The notes under the pieces are model-generated. The model was not told where the DNA came from. It did not search any database and saw only the letters and a list, made by a program, of their open reading frames with translations. 32,000 nt of DNA from Chlamydiales bacterium. Lineage in GTDB: Bacteria; Chlamydiota; Chlamydiia; Chlamydiales; JAAKFR01. The translations under genes were made by a program, and so were the position numbers. This document shows, piece by piece, positions 7,871 to 15,727 of this stretch. Every line of letters starts with the position of its first letter. Within the stretch, counting starts at the first letter, position 1. The stretch covers positions 900,001-932,000 of the forward strand of contig JAWLBH010000001.1 of assembly GCA_041395025.1 (NCBI GenBank). The letters run 5' to 3'.

Positions 7871-8101
7871 TTACTCCTCTCTGTTCAGGGGATGAGGAAG
7901 AGGATCATATCCTCCTTTGTTCCAAGGACCACATTTAATGAGGCGTTTGCAAATCAACCAGCAGGCTTTAAATAGGGGATGTTTTTTTAAAGCATCTTGG
8001 GCATATTCCGAACAGCTTGGAACAAAACGACAGGATGGGCCCAATAAAGGGCTAATCAAGAGTCGATAAATATGAATAAGAAAGATGAGAATGTTTTTCA
8101 T
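7871..8101 (-). CDS. yidD: membrane protein insertion efficiency factor YidD
   Basis: 76 aa. LIHIYRLLISPLLGPSCRFVPSCSEYAQDALKKH matches the conserved YidD core (YQ/R..ISP....CRF.P.CS.Y). Confidence 0.9.
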   Translation of the reverse strand: MKNILIFLIHIYRLLISPLLGPSCRFVPSCSEYAQDALKKHPLFKACWLICKRLIKCGPWNKGGYDPLPHPLNREE

Positions 8102-8173
8102 AGATATAGACTATATCCGAATATTCGCTTGCTGGAAAGCATTTCAGTTGATAATGTTTCCTCTTTTTGTTGA

Positions 8174-8257
8174 GCGGAAGTGGCGGAATTGGTATACGCG
8201 CTACCTTGAGGTGGTAGTGGAGGAAACTTCTTGGGGGTTCAAGTCCCCCCTTTCGCA
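8174..8257 (+). tRNA. tRNA-Leu (anticodon GAG), type II with long variable arm
   Basis: Folded by hand. Acceptor GCGGAAG/CTTTCGC (one G-U pair), D stem GCG/CGC, anticodon stem CTACC/GGTAG with loop TTGAGGT. The variable arm is TGGAGGAAACTTCTTG and the T arm is GGGGG-TTCAAGT-CCCCC. Discriminator is A and no CCA is encoded. Confidence 0.93.
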
Positions 8258-8272
8258 TCCCTTGGAGATTTC

Positions 8273-8866
8273 ATGAAAATCTTTCTACTCACCTTGCTTC
8301 TTTTTTCCCCTTCTCTTTTTAGTCATCCTATTGATCGTTCTATGACGAATTTCCAGATGCATCAAATCAACCATCATGTGGATAGATTTGATTTTTCAGG
8401 TGAATTCCCAAATCTCCAGAATATCGACATTGACGGACGTAAAAAGAAACGAGTGGAGTTTGATTTGAGTGGAGATTATCCATTGTTAAATTCAGTTCGC
8501 TATCAAGGGAGCTTTGGATTTCTAAAAGGAGCATTTACAGGTAAATATCCTTCCCTATCATTCGTCACAATTTTAGCAAAAAATTGTGCAATCCAATTGG
8601 ATCTTAAAGGCAGATGGAGTTGCGATTGTGAGATGATTATTCGTGGAATGAAAGAGGATGTCATTATTCATCTTCCTGAAGATATCGGATTGATTATCCA
8701 TACTAAAACCTCTCCTTCGGGAAAAGTCTTTGCTAAAAAGGGGTTAAAAAAGCAAAACCGATGGACAATTTGGAAAAAAACTTATCAAAATCCTCTTGCT
8801 AAAACAGCTTCAGTCGTTTTGACTTTGAATATAGAAACCACAGACGGGAAAATTTTTCTTCATTAA
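8273..8866 (+). CDS. secreted hypothetical protein (beta-rich repeat, possibly toast-rack/DUF4097-like)
   Basis: The track ORF starts at 8231 inside the tRNA. The credible start is ATG 8273, preceded by GGAG at 8264-8267 (MKIFLLTLLLFSPSLFSHP signal peptide). Alternating short beta-like segments (VEFDLSGDYP, IQLDLKGRW, VIIHLPEDIGLIIHTKTSPSGKV) suggest a beta-sandwich or beta-helix. The family assignment is a guess. Confidence 0.6.
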   Translation: MKIFLLTLLLFSPSLFSHPIDRSMTNFQMHQINHHVDRFDFSGEFPNLQNIDIDGRKKKRVEFDLSGDYPLLNSVRYQGSFGFLKGAFTGKYPSLSFVTILAKNCAIQLDLKGRWSCDCEMIIRGMKEDVIIHLPEDIGLIIHTKTSPSGKVFAKKGLKKQNRWTIWKKTYQNPLAKTASVVLTLNIETTDGKIFLH

Positions 8867-8967
8867 ATCCATCTATCATAAAAATCGCTATAAATACTTA
8901 TCAAGTAGTTTTGCTTCTTATAGAAGCTGGGTTAGGTTTATCTTAAAAAGATATCTCTAGTGTGGAG

Positions 8968-9429
8968 CTATTGAGCTTGAACAGCTTCTTTATAAGCCTC
9001 CCAGAGTTCTTGATCCGCAATATTATCTCTAACAGCACGAATTAATTCTCTTTTGACTTGGTTAAGAGGGCGGGCAGCTAGAATTTTTGCAAGGAGAGAG
9101 TCGTCACCATTTTCACGAGCAATTTGAATGATGCGGTTGATCATTTCATTAGGAAGTTTAATTTGATTGTTAGCTCTATTTAAACCCCGAGGCGCCCGAG
9201 GGGTTGGAGCTAGCTCAAAAGGTTGATGAGGATGAAGAATAAACTCTTCAAGAAGAGAAATACATTTTGCTGGTTCTTTTTCTTTCATTTTCTTAAAGGT
9301 AAAATGATGAATATACCCACCACGAGGACCAGGAAGATATCTACAAATCTCCTTTTCTCTTTTTCCTTGAATTTTATTTAATGCCTTTTCAATTGTAATT
9401 TTAAGGTTTTGTTGTATGTCTTTTGTCAT
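8968..9429 (-). CDS. small conserved-looking protein, possible DNA-binding regulator (Euo-like is only a hypothesis)
   Basis: The track ORF starts at 9468. ATG 9429 (MTKDIQQ...) has GGAG 7 nt upstream and is the more likely start, giving 153 aa. It is basic and helical with a C-terminal helical segment (NEMINRIIQIARENGDDSLLAKILAARPLNQVKRELIRAVRDNI), and sits behind a 363-bp very AT-rich leader. I cannot verify identity to chlamydial Euo from memory. Confidence 0.5.
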   Translation of the reverse strand: MTKDIQQNLKITIEKALNKIQGKREKEICRYLPGPRGGYIHHFTFKKMKEKEPAKCISLLEEFILHPHQPFELAPTPRAPRGLNRANNQIKLPNEMINRIIQIARENGDDSLLAKILAARPLNQVKRELIRAVRDNIADQELWEAYKEAVQAQ

Positions 9430-9792
9430 GATTTCTCCAACTTTATTTTTTGGTAAAAATAATTGCATTTCTATTCTTTTTTATTCAATGAATAAAATTT
9501 GATAGAGTAAAATTAACGGAGATCAAAGAGAGTATATTATAATATCTTCTCAAATTGTTGATTTTCTTAAAAATGGAAGAATATATTAAATTAAATTTTT
9601 AAGACTGTATTAATTTATTTGGAATTTAGAATTTTGATTAAAAAATTAGTAAGTTTTTTATTAAATTTTTTTTTAAAAAATTTTATAAAAAATGAAAACT
9701 TATAAATTATTTTCAATAATTTAATCTCATCAATATGGGTTTGATGTGGGTAAACAAAATTTAGGATGTATGCCAATAATTGAGATTATCTA

Positions 9793-12423
9793 ATGGTTAA
9801 AGAAGAGGAAAGATTAGAAGAAGAATATAAACGAGAAAGAAATTGGAAACGCTGGGGACCGTATTTATCTGAGCGACAATGGGCAACTGTTCGTGAAGAT
9901 TATTCAATGAATGGAAGCTCCTGGGAGTATTTTTCTCATGATCAAGCTAGAAGTCGTGCGTATAGGTGGGGTGAGGACGGTCTTTTAGGGATTACTGATC
10001 GTGAAGGACGTCTCTGTTTTGCTTTAGCTCTATGGAATGAAAAGGATCCGATCTTAAAAGAACGTTTGTTTGGATTAACTTCTTTAGAAGGTAATCATGG
10101 AGAGGATGTGAAGGAATGTTACTACTATCTCGACTCTACGCCTACCCATTCTTATATGAAAGCTTTATATAAATATCCTCAAAATCCCTATCCCTACGCA
10201 TCTTTAATTCAAAAAAATCAACAAAGACCCCTTACTGAAGGAGAATTTGAATTAGTTGATACAGGAATTTTTGAAGAGAATCGTTATTTTGATATTTTCA
10301 TCAGTTATGCAAAACAATCTCCTAATGATATTTTGATTCGTATTGAAATCTTCAATAGAGGCCCTGATCAAGCTCCTGTGTGGCTCCTTCCAACGATTTG
10401 GTACCGAAATACTTGGTCTTGGGGAAAATATTCAGAGGCGACTTCAAAGCTCTCAATGAAGATGAATCAAGAGGGAGACATTGAAGCCAATCATCCCACT
10501 CTTGGAGATTTTTGTTTAGCTTTTAAAGAGCCTCTGGAAGTGCTTTTCACAGAGAATGAAACTAACTTTTCTCGTCTATTTCGAAAAAAAAATCTCTCAC
10601 CCTATGTTAAAGATGCTTTTCATGAATACCTGATTCATGGATCTAAAGATGCAGTAAATCCTGCTTTAGTAGGTTCAAAGGCTTCACCTGTTTATAGGTT
10701 GAATCTTGAATCAGGTGAGTATCGGAGCATTGATCTACGTCTTTTTTCTGCTGAAGAACGTCCTGCAGAGATTTTTGGGAAATCTTTTGAAAAAATATTT
10801 ACCAAACGAATAGGTGAGGCCGATGCTTTCTATGAAAAGAAAATTCCCATTCATCTCAACCAAGAAGAAAAAGCGATCTCAAGACAATCTTATGCAGGTC
10901 TATTGTGGACAAAGCAATTTTATCATTATGTGGTCAAAGAGTGGTTAGAAGGGGATTCTAATTCTCCTCCTCCTTCAGAGATCAGAAAAAAGGGGCGTAA
11001 TAACGAATGGGACCATTTTTTTGCACGTGATGTGATTTCTGTCTGTGACAAATGGGAATATCCATGGTTTGCAGCATGGGATTTAGCTTTTCATATGATC
11101 CCATTTGCATGTATTGATCCTCCATTTGCTAAGAAACAGTTAGTCCTTTTTCTTCGTGAATGGTATATGCATCCCAATGGTCAGCAGCCAGCATATGAGT
11201 TTGAGTTTTCAAATGTCAATCCTCCTGTCCATGCTTGGGCTTGTTTAAAAGTATTTAAGTTAACTGGTAGCGAGGATTTTTTATTTCTTGAAAGTGTCTT
11301 TCAAAAACTTCTTCTCAATTTTAATTGGTGGGTAAATCGTAAAGATCTTCATGGAAATCATATTTTTGGAGGAGGTTTTTTAGGTTTAGATAATATTGGA
11401 GTATTTGATCGCTCAAAACCATTGCCAATTGGTGTTGAGCTTGAACAAGCTGATGGGACAGCTTGGATGGCTTTCTATTGTTTAAAAATGCTTAGAATTG
11501 CTTTGGAGCTTGCTGTTTACAACCCTGTATATGAGGACATGGCTTCAAAATTTTTTGAACATTTTGTCCGTATTGCAGACGCAATCAATGAATTTAGAGG
11601 GTCAGGTTTATGGGATGAAGAAGATGGCTTTTATTATGATCGATTGAGAATCGATAGTCAAGATATGCCTCTCAAGACGAGATCCTTAGTAGGACTGATT
11701 CCTTTAATTGCTGTAGAAGTTTTAGAAGATAGTCATTTAGAGAAATTAGAGGGTTTTATGAAACGGATGAGATGGTTTATTCACCATCGGAATGATCTAG
11801 AAAAGGTGACGAGTTTTTGTCATCTTTCTCCCATACATGGTCATCGTATTTTAGCAATTCCCTCTAAAAATCGTTTATTAAGTATTTTACGTTATCTGCT
11901 TGATGAAAAAGAATTTCTTTCTCCATATGGGATTCGTTCTTTATCTAAAGTTCATGAGCAGCATCCTTACAAAATTACCATTCGTAATGAGATCTATATG
12001 ATCAATTATCTACCAGGAGAGGGGGATAGCTATATATTTGGTGGAAATTCAAACTGGAGAGGTCCTATTTGGTTTGCTCTTAATTATTTAATAATTGATG
12101 CTCTGGAAAGCTATTATCATTACTACCAAGAAGAAATCAAGATTGAATATCCCTTAGGCTCTGGTAAGCTATTGAATATGAAAGAAGTACGTATGAAACT
12201 TAACGATCGTCTTTGTCGAATTTTTCGAGCAAATGAGAAAGGATTTCGTCCTTGTCATGGTCAAGATGATTTTTATGCAAAAGATCCCCACTGGAAACAT
12301 CTGATTTTGTTTCATGAATATTTTCATGCTGAAAGTGGCAAAGGGTTAGGAGCTAGCCATCAGACAGGATGGACAGCCTTGATTTCAAGGATTTTAGAAG
12401 AAAAACGTGATGTGAATAAGTAA
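9793..12423 (+). CDS. GH63-like (MGH1-like) glucosidase, cytoplasmic
   Basis: 876 aa with no signal peptide. The N-terminal signature RNWKRWGPYLSERQWATVREDYS...SWEYFSHDQARSRAYRWGEDGLLGITD and the (alpha/alpha)6-type C-terminal half (WDLAFHMIPF..., NVNPPVHAWA, FLGLDNIGVFDRS, NWRGPIWF) match the bacterial roughly 880-aa 'glucosidase'/MGH1-like family as I remember it. Confidence 0.75.
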   Translation: MVKEEERLEEEYKRERNWKRWGPYLSERQWATVREDYSMNGSSWEYFSHDQARSRAYRWGEDGLLGITDREGRLCFALALWNEKDPILKERLFGLTSLEGNHGEDVKECYYYLDSTPTHSYMKALYKYPQNPYPYASLIQKNQQRPLTEGEFELVDTGIFEENRYFDIFISYAKQSPNDILIRIEIFNRGPDQAPVWLLPTIWYRNTWSWGKYSEATSKLSMKMNQEGDIEANHPTLGDFCLAFKEPLEVLFTENETNFSRLFRKKNLSPYVKDAFHEYLIHGSKDAVNPALVGSKASPVYRLNLESGEYRSIDLRLFSAEERPAEIFGKSFEKIFTKRIGEADAFYEKKIPIHLNQEEKAISRQSYAGLLWTKQFYHYVVKEWLEGDSNSPPPSEIRKKGRNNEWDHFFARDVISVCDKWEYPWFAAWDLAFHMIPFACIDPPFAKKQLVLFLREWYMHPNGQQPAYEFEFSNVNPPVHAWACLKVFKLTGSEDFLFLESVFQKLLLNFNWWVNRKDLHGNHIFGGGFLGLDNIGVFDRSKPLPIGVELEQADGTAWMAFYCLKMLRIALELAVYNPVYEDMASKFFEHFVRIADAINEFRGSGLWDEEDGFYYDRLRIDSQDMPLKTRSLVGLIPLIAVEVLEDSHLEKLEGFMKRMRWFIHHRNDLEKVTSFCHLSPIHGHRILAIPSKNRLLSILRYLLDEKEFLSPYGIRSLSKVHEQHPYKITIRNEIYMINYLPGEGDSYIFGGNSNWRGPIWFALNYLIIDALESYYHYYQEEIKIEYPLGSGKLLNMKEVRMKLNDRLCRIFRANEKGFRPCHGQDDFYAKDPHWKHLILFHEYFHAESGKGLGASHQTGWTALISRILEEKRDVNK

Positions 12424-12454
12424 AGATGAATTAACTGAAATTTACAGAAAGGGT

Positions 12455-13099
12455 TTAATTGCTAAATGTTTGGTTAAATAAGATTGTAATTTTATCAAGC
12501 AAATTAGTGGGTTCTATTAAAAGTTGTTTGAGTGAACGTCCTTCAGTGAATTTGATGAGCCATTTTTCTTCTTCTAGAGTCAATTCAAGTGCTCCTTTTG
12601 GGCCATGATGAGCGCAAAATCTTTCCCCACCATAGCGTAAAGAAGGAGGGAGTTGGCAGATTGAACATTGATTAAGTGTTTGGAATAGTCCTTCATGTTT
12701 CATGGTTTTAACTAAGAATATTGAAGCGATATCGAAAGGGTTGTCTACTGTCGAAATGGCATGCAAACAATAGCAAAATAATTGATACAATTGAGGAGCT
12801 GGTTTGCCTAGCATTTGAGATTTTTGAATTCCCCGCACTAAAATTCCCGCTGTTTCTAAACTTTCGAGTCGCTCTCTAAGAGCTAAGTATTGAGATAAAA
12901 TTTTTCCATCCCAAAATCGATGCAACTCTCCTTTGCCTATTGCATAGACAAATTCTCCTTGATTTAGCACTGTAAACAAAGGTGAATGTCTTTTTTTAGC
13001 AACAAATTTCATCAGACCGTTTGGAGAAAAAACTGTCAGAATGCGACCATTTTCTTGAAAATCTAGAACCGATAAAACAATCCCAATACAACTTTTCAT
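12455..13099 (-). CDS. recO: DNA repair protein RecO
   Basis: 214 aa. N-terminal OB-fold-like segment (GIVLSVLDFQENGRILTVFSPNGLMKFVAKK) and a C-terminal Cys/His cluster (CSIC...RFCAHH). Size and layout fit RecO. Confidence 0.7.
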   Translation of the reverse strand: MKSCIGIVLSVLDFQENGRILTVFSPNGLMKFVAKKRHSPLFTVLNQGEFVYAIGKGELHRFWDGKILSQYLALRERLESLETAGILVRGIQKSQMLGKPAPQLYQLFCYCLHAISTVDNPFDIASIFLVKTMKHEGLFQTLNQCSICQLPPSLRYGGERFCAHHGPKGALELTLEEEKWLIKFTEGRSLKQLLIEPTNLLDKITILFNQTFSN

Positions 13100-13164
13100 A
13101 CGATGAAGCTTGACCTACATTTTGCTTGTCGTCAACCTCAAAACTTGATAGCATTTTTTTGTTT

Positions 13165-13238
13165 GCACCGATAGCTCAATCGGATAGAGTACCTGGCTTC
13201 GAACCAGGTGGTTAGAGGTTCGAATCCTCTTCGGTGCG
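13165..13238 (+). tRNA. tRNA-Arg (anticodon UCG)
   Basis: Folded by hand. Acceptor GCACCGA/TCGGTGC, D arm GCTC-AATCGGATA-GAGT, anticodon stem CCTGG/CCAGG with loop CTTCGAA, T arm AGAGG-TTCGAAT-CCTCT. Discriminator is G and no CCA is encoded. Confidence 0.93.
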
Positions 13239-13365
13239 TTTTGGAGATCATTTAGAATCTGCAAAAAGCAAGATTTAATCCAAGAGAACATCAAGATTTC
13301 GATTTGTTTAGAAAGAAGTTTTAAATGTGAATGAATGATCCGACATAGAAAAATGAGAGGAAATA

Positions 13366-14007
13366 ATGCCATTAAATAAAACAAAAACTGAAATTAAGGA
13401 AAAATTTAGTCATCAAGAGTATCCAATTCAGATTATTGGTCGACATGTCGACATTACCGAAGCGATGAAAACCTATGCGGTAAATAAGGTAGAAAAAATA
13501 GAGAGATTTGGTGGGCATATAGTCGATATTGTCGTTATAATGGATATTCAAAAACTGATTCATTCTGTCGATTTTCTACTTAATGTTAATAATACTTTGA
13601 TCAAAGTTACAGGACGCAGCGAAAATATGTATACTTCAATTGATCAAGCAATAGCTCGTCTTGAATCAAAATTGCGTCGCTATATGAAAAAGATTCAACA
13701 ACACCATGCTAAAGGATTAGCTGAAGTTGATTTAAATGTGAATGTCATTGAGCGTATTCTGCCTATTGATGATATTAATGATCAAATTGAAGAAGAAAAT
13801 TTACGTCAATATGAAGAAAAATTACATCCTCATAAAGTTGTAAAAAGAGAAAAAAGACGACTTAAAATTCTTAATCAAGAAGAAGCGATCATGAAAATGG
13901 AGTTATCGGAAGAACATTTTTTAATCTATCGCAGTGAAGAAGATCAGAAATTAAAGGTGATCTATAGACGTGAAGATGAAAATTATGGAATTATTGCAGT
14001 CGAATGA
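13366..14007 (+). CDS. hpf: ribosome hibernation promoting factor (long HPF)
   Basis: 213 aa. N-terminal RaiA/HPF domain (IQIIGRHVDITEAMKTYAVNKVEKIERF), a charged linker, and a C-terminal dimerisation domain (MKMELSEEHFLIYRSEEDQKLKVIYRREDENYGIIA). RBS GAGAGGA lies upstream. Confidence 0.9.
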   Translation: MPLNKTKTEIKEKFSHQEYPIQIIGRHVDITEAMKTYAVNKVEKIERFGGHIVDIVVIMDIQKLIHSVDFLLNVNNTLIKVTGRSENMYTSIDQAIARLESKLRRYMKKIQQHHAKGLAEVDLNVNVIERILPIDDINDQIEEENLRQYEEKLHPHKVVKREKRRLKILNQEEAIMKMELSEEHFLIYRSEEDQKLKVIYRREDENYGIIAVE

Positions 14008-14467
14008 ATCTCTTTTTGATCCTATTCGCAAGAAATGGGTCATATCTGAACCAGAAGAGAGAATTCGTCAGGATTTAATTCAAAAAATGTTAAAAGAACT
14101 AGGATACCCCTCTTCTCTAATAGCAGTAGAGAAAGAACTTTTTTTGCTTCCTCACTTGTTGTTTGAATCAAAAGAACGTATTCCAAAACGGCGTGCAGAT
14201 ATAATTGTCTTTGGAAAAGGCATTCATCCTCATTATGCACTTTTCCCTCTTCTTATGATTGAATGTAAAGCTCTTCCTCTTACATCTGCTTTTGCTAGCC
14301 AAGTTATTGGATATAATACTGTAGTGCAAGCTCCTTATCTTGCACTTGCAAATAAAGAACAGATTTTAACAGGCACATTGGACGATACTCTAGGTGAATA
14401 TCATTTTGAATCGGGGTTACCCACTTATGAATTTTTAATGGCAGGGATAAAGATAGTTGGGTCATAA
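13970..14467 (+). CDS. HsdR N-terminal domain (HSDR_N) family protein
   Basis: 165 aa. DPIRKKWVISEPEERIRQDLIQKMLKELGYP...VEKEL...RRADIIVF is the pattern of stand-alone type I restriction enzyme R-subunit N-terminal domain proteins. The three candidate ATGs (13970, 13976, 13985) all overlap the hpf 3' end. Confidence 0.55.
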   Translation: MKMKIMELLQSNESLFDPIRKKWVISEPEERIRQDLIQKMLKELGYPSSLIAVEKELFLLPHLLFESKERIPKRRADIIVFGKGIHPHYALFPLLMIECKALPLTSAFASQVIGYNTVVQAPYLALANKEQILTGTLDDTLGEYHFESGLPTYEFLMAGIKIVGS

Positions 14468-14510
14468 AGAGTCATGTGAAACTTCATAAGAGGACCGATT
14501 CTATCTTTAC

Positions 14511-15668
14511 CTAATCTAATGAAAAATGGGTGGGTTCTATTATTTCACTATAGTCCATGACTACAATTCGCTCTACGAGGTTGGCTAATTCTCGGATATT
14601 TCCAGGCCAAGGGTATGCAAGAAGTTTTTTTTCTGCAGACTTTGAGAGAGTTTTTGTTGTTTGTTGATTTTTTAAACAATACTTTTTTAAGAAATAGTGG
14701 ATAAGAGGAATAATATCTTCTTTTCTTTCACGTAGTGGAGGGAGATAGATAGGCACTACATTCAATCGATAATAGAGATCTTCACGAAAAATCTTTGCCT
14801 CAATTGCCTGCTTCAAGTCTCTATTTGATGTGGAAATTAAACGGAAATCGACTGGTATAGGTCGATTGCCACCTACTCTTTCAAACTCTTGTTCTTGAAT
14901 GACACGCAAGAGTTTTGGTTGAAGATTAAGAGGAATTTCAGTGACTTCATCGAGAAGAAGGGTCCCTCGGTTAGCAAGCTCAAAACGTCCTAACCGTTTT
15001 GAGGTAGCTCCAGTAAAAGCTCCTTTTTCATGTCCAAAAAATTCTGACTCAATCAGTGTATCAGGGACTGCAGCGCAATTCACACGAATATAGGGATTTT
15101 TTGCTCTAAGAGAATGGGCATGAATCGCTCCAGCAATCACTTCTTTCCCAGTCCCAGATTCTCCGTGAATTAGCACACTCGCTTGGCTTTTAGCGATACG
15201 CTTTGTTTCTATAAGAATTTTTTTTAAGCTCGGACTTTGAGCGATAATCTGGACTCTATTGGCAACTTCTTCTCGTAGATAGATATTCTCATTGATAAGA
15301 GCATTATGCTCAGCTGCTTTATTGATCAATGCTTCAAGAGTATCTGGAGTAAAAGGTTTGAGTAAATAGTTAAATGCTCCAAGTCGCATGGCTTCGACAG
15401 CATTTTCAATCGTTCCAAAAGCTGTCATTACCAAGACAAGAGTTTGAGGTGACCACTCTCGAATTTTTTTTAGCACTTCGATTCCAGATATGCCTGGCAT
15501 TTTCATATCCGTAATAACAAGATCATAGGTATTTTTTTTCAGCAGAAGCAGTCCTTCTTTCCCATTTTCGACAGCATCAACGCTAAGCCCTTTTTTTTGG
15601 AGTGCTTCTTCCAAAAATCTTCGCATCAACTTTTCATCATCTAAGACTAATACAGTTTGAATTCCCAT
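14511..15668 (-). CDS. ctcC: sigma-54-dependent response regulator lacking a DNA-binding domain (CtcC/AtoC type)
   Basis: 385 aa. Receiver domain (VLVLDDE...DLVITDMKMPG), AAA+ sigma-54 interaction domain with Walker A GESGTGKE and the GAFTGA loop (EKGAFTGA). The protein ends right after the AAA+ domain (...IVVMDYSEIIEPTHFSLD) with no C-terminal HTH. Confidence 0.9.
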   Translation of the reverse strand: MGIQTVLVLDDEKLMRRFLEEALQKKGLSVDAVENGKEGLLLLKKNTYDLVITDMKMPGISGIEVLKKIREWSPQTLVLVMTAFGTIENAVEAMRLGAFNYLLKPFTPDTLEALINKAAEHNALINENIYLREEVANRVQIIAQSPSLKKILIETKRIAKSQASVLIHGESGTGKEVIAGAIHAHSLRAKNPYIRVNCAAVPDTLIESEFFGHEKGAFTGATSKRLGRFELANRGTLLLDEVTEIPLNLQPKLLRVIQEQEFERVGGNRPIPVDFRLISTSNRDLKQAIEAKIFREDLYYRLNVVPIYLPPLRERKEDIIPLIHYFLKKYCLKNQQTTKTLSKSAEKKLLAYPWPGNIRELANLVERIVVMDYSEIIEPTHFSLD

Positions 15669-15727
15669 AAATTTATTAAGTATTTTAGGTTTTTCACTTG
15701 TAAATTTTTATTGAATCAAAACCATTC

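Noticed and set aside
8052-8276. ORFs 8052..8258 (-) and 8085..8276 (+), and the 8231 start of the following ORF
   Set aside because: They overlap tRNA-Leu. The GGLEPPR-type peptide is the familiar artefact of translating a tRNA. The real downstream CDS starts at ATG 8273, which has its own GGAG.
8913-8927. Hairpin GCTTCT-tat-AGAAGC between the convergent genes ending at 8866 and 8968
   Set aside because: It is only 6 bp and is not followed by a U-run on either strand, so it is not a convincing intrinsic terminator.
13115-13384. 89-aa minus-strand ORF (and 13372..13563 minus)
   Set aside because: The first spans tRNA-Arg (the peptide RIRTSNHLVRSQVLYPIELS is a translated tRNA). The second is antisense to hpf. 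Neither has support.
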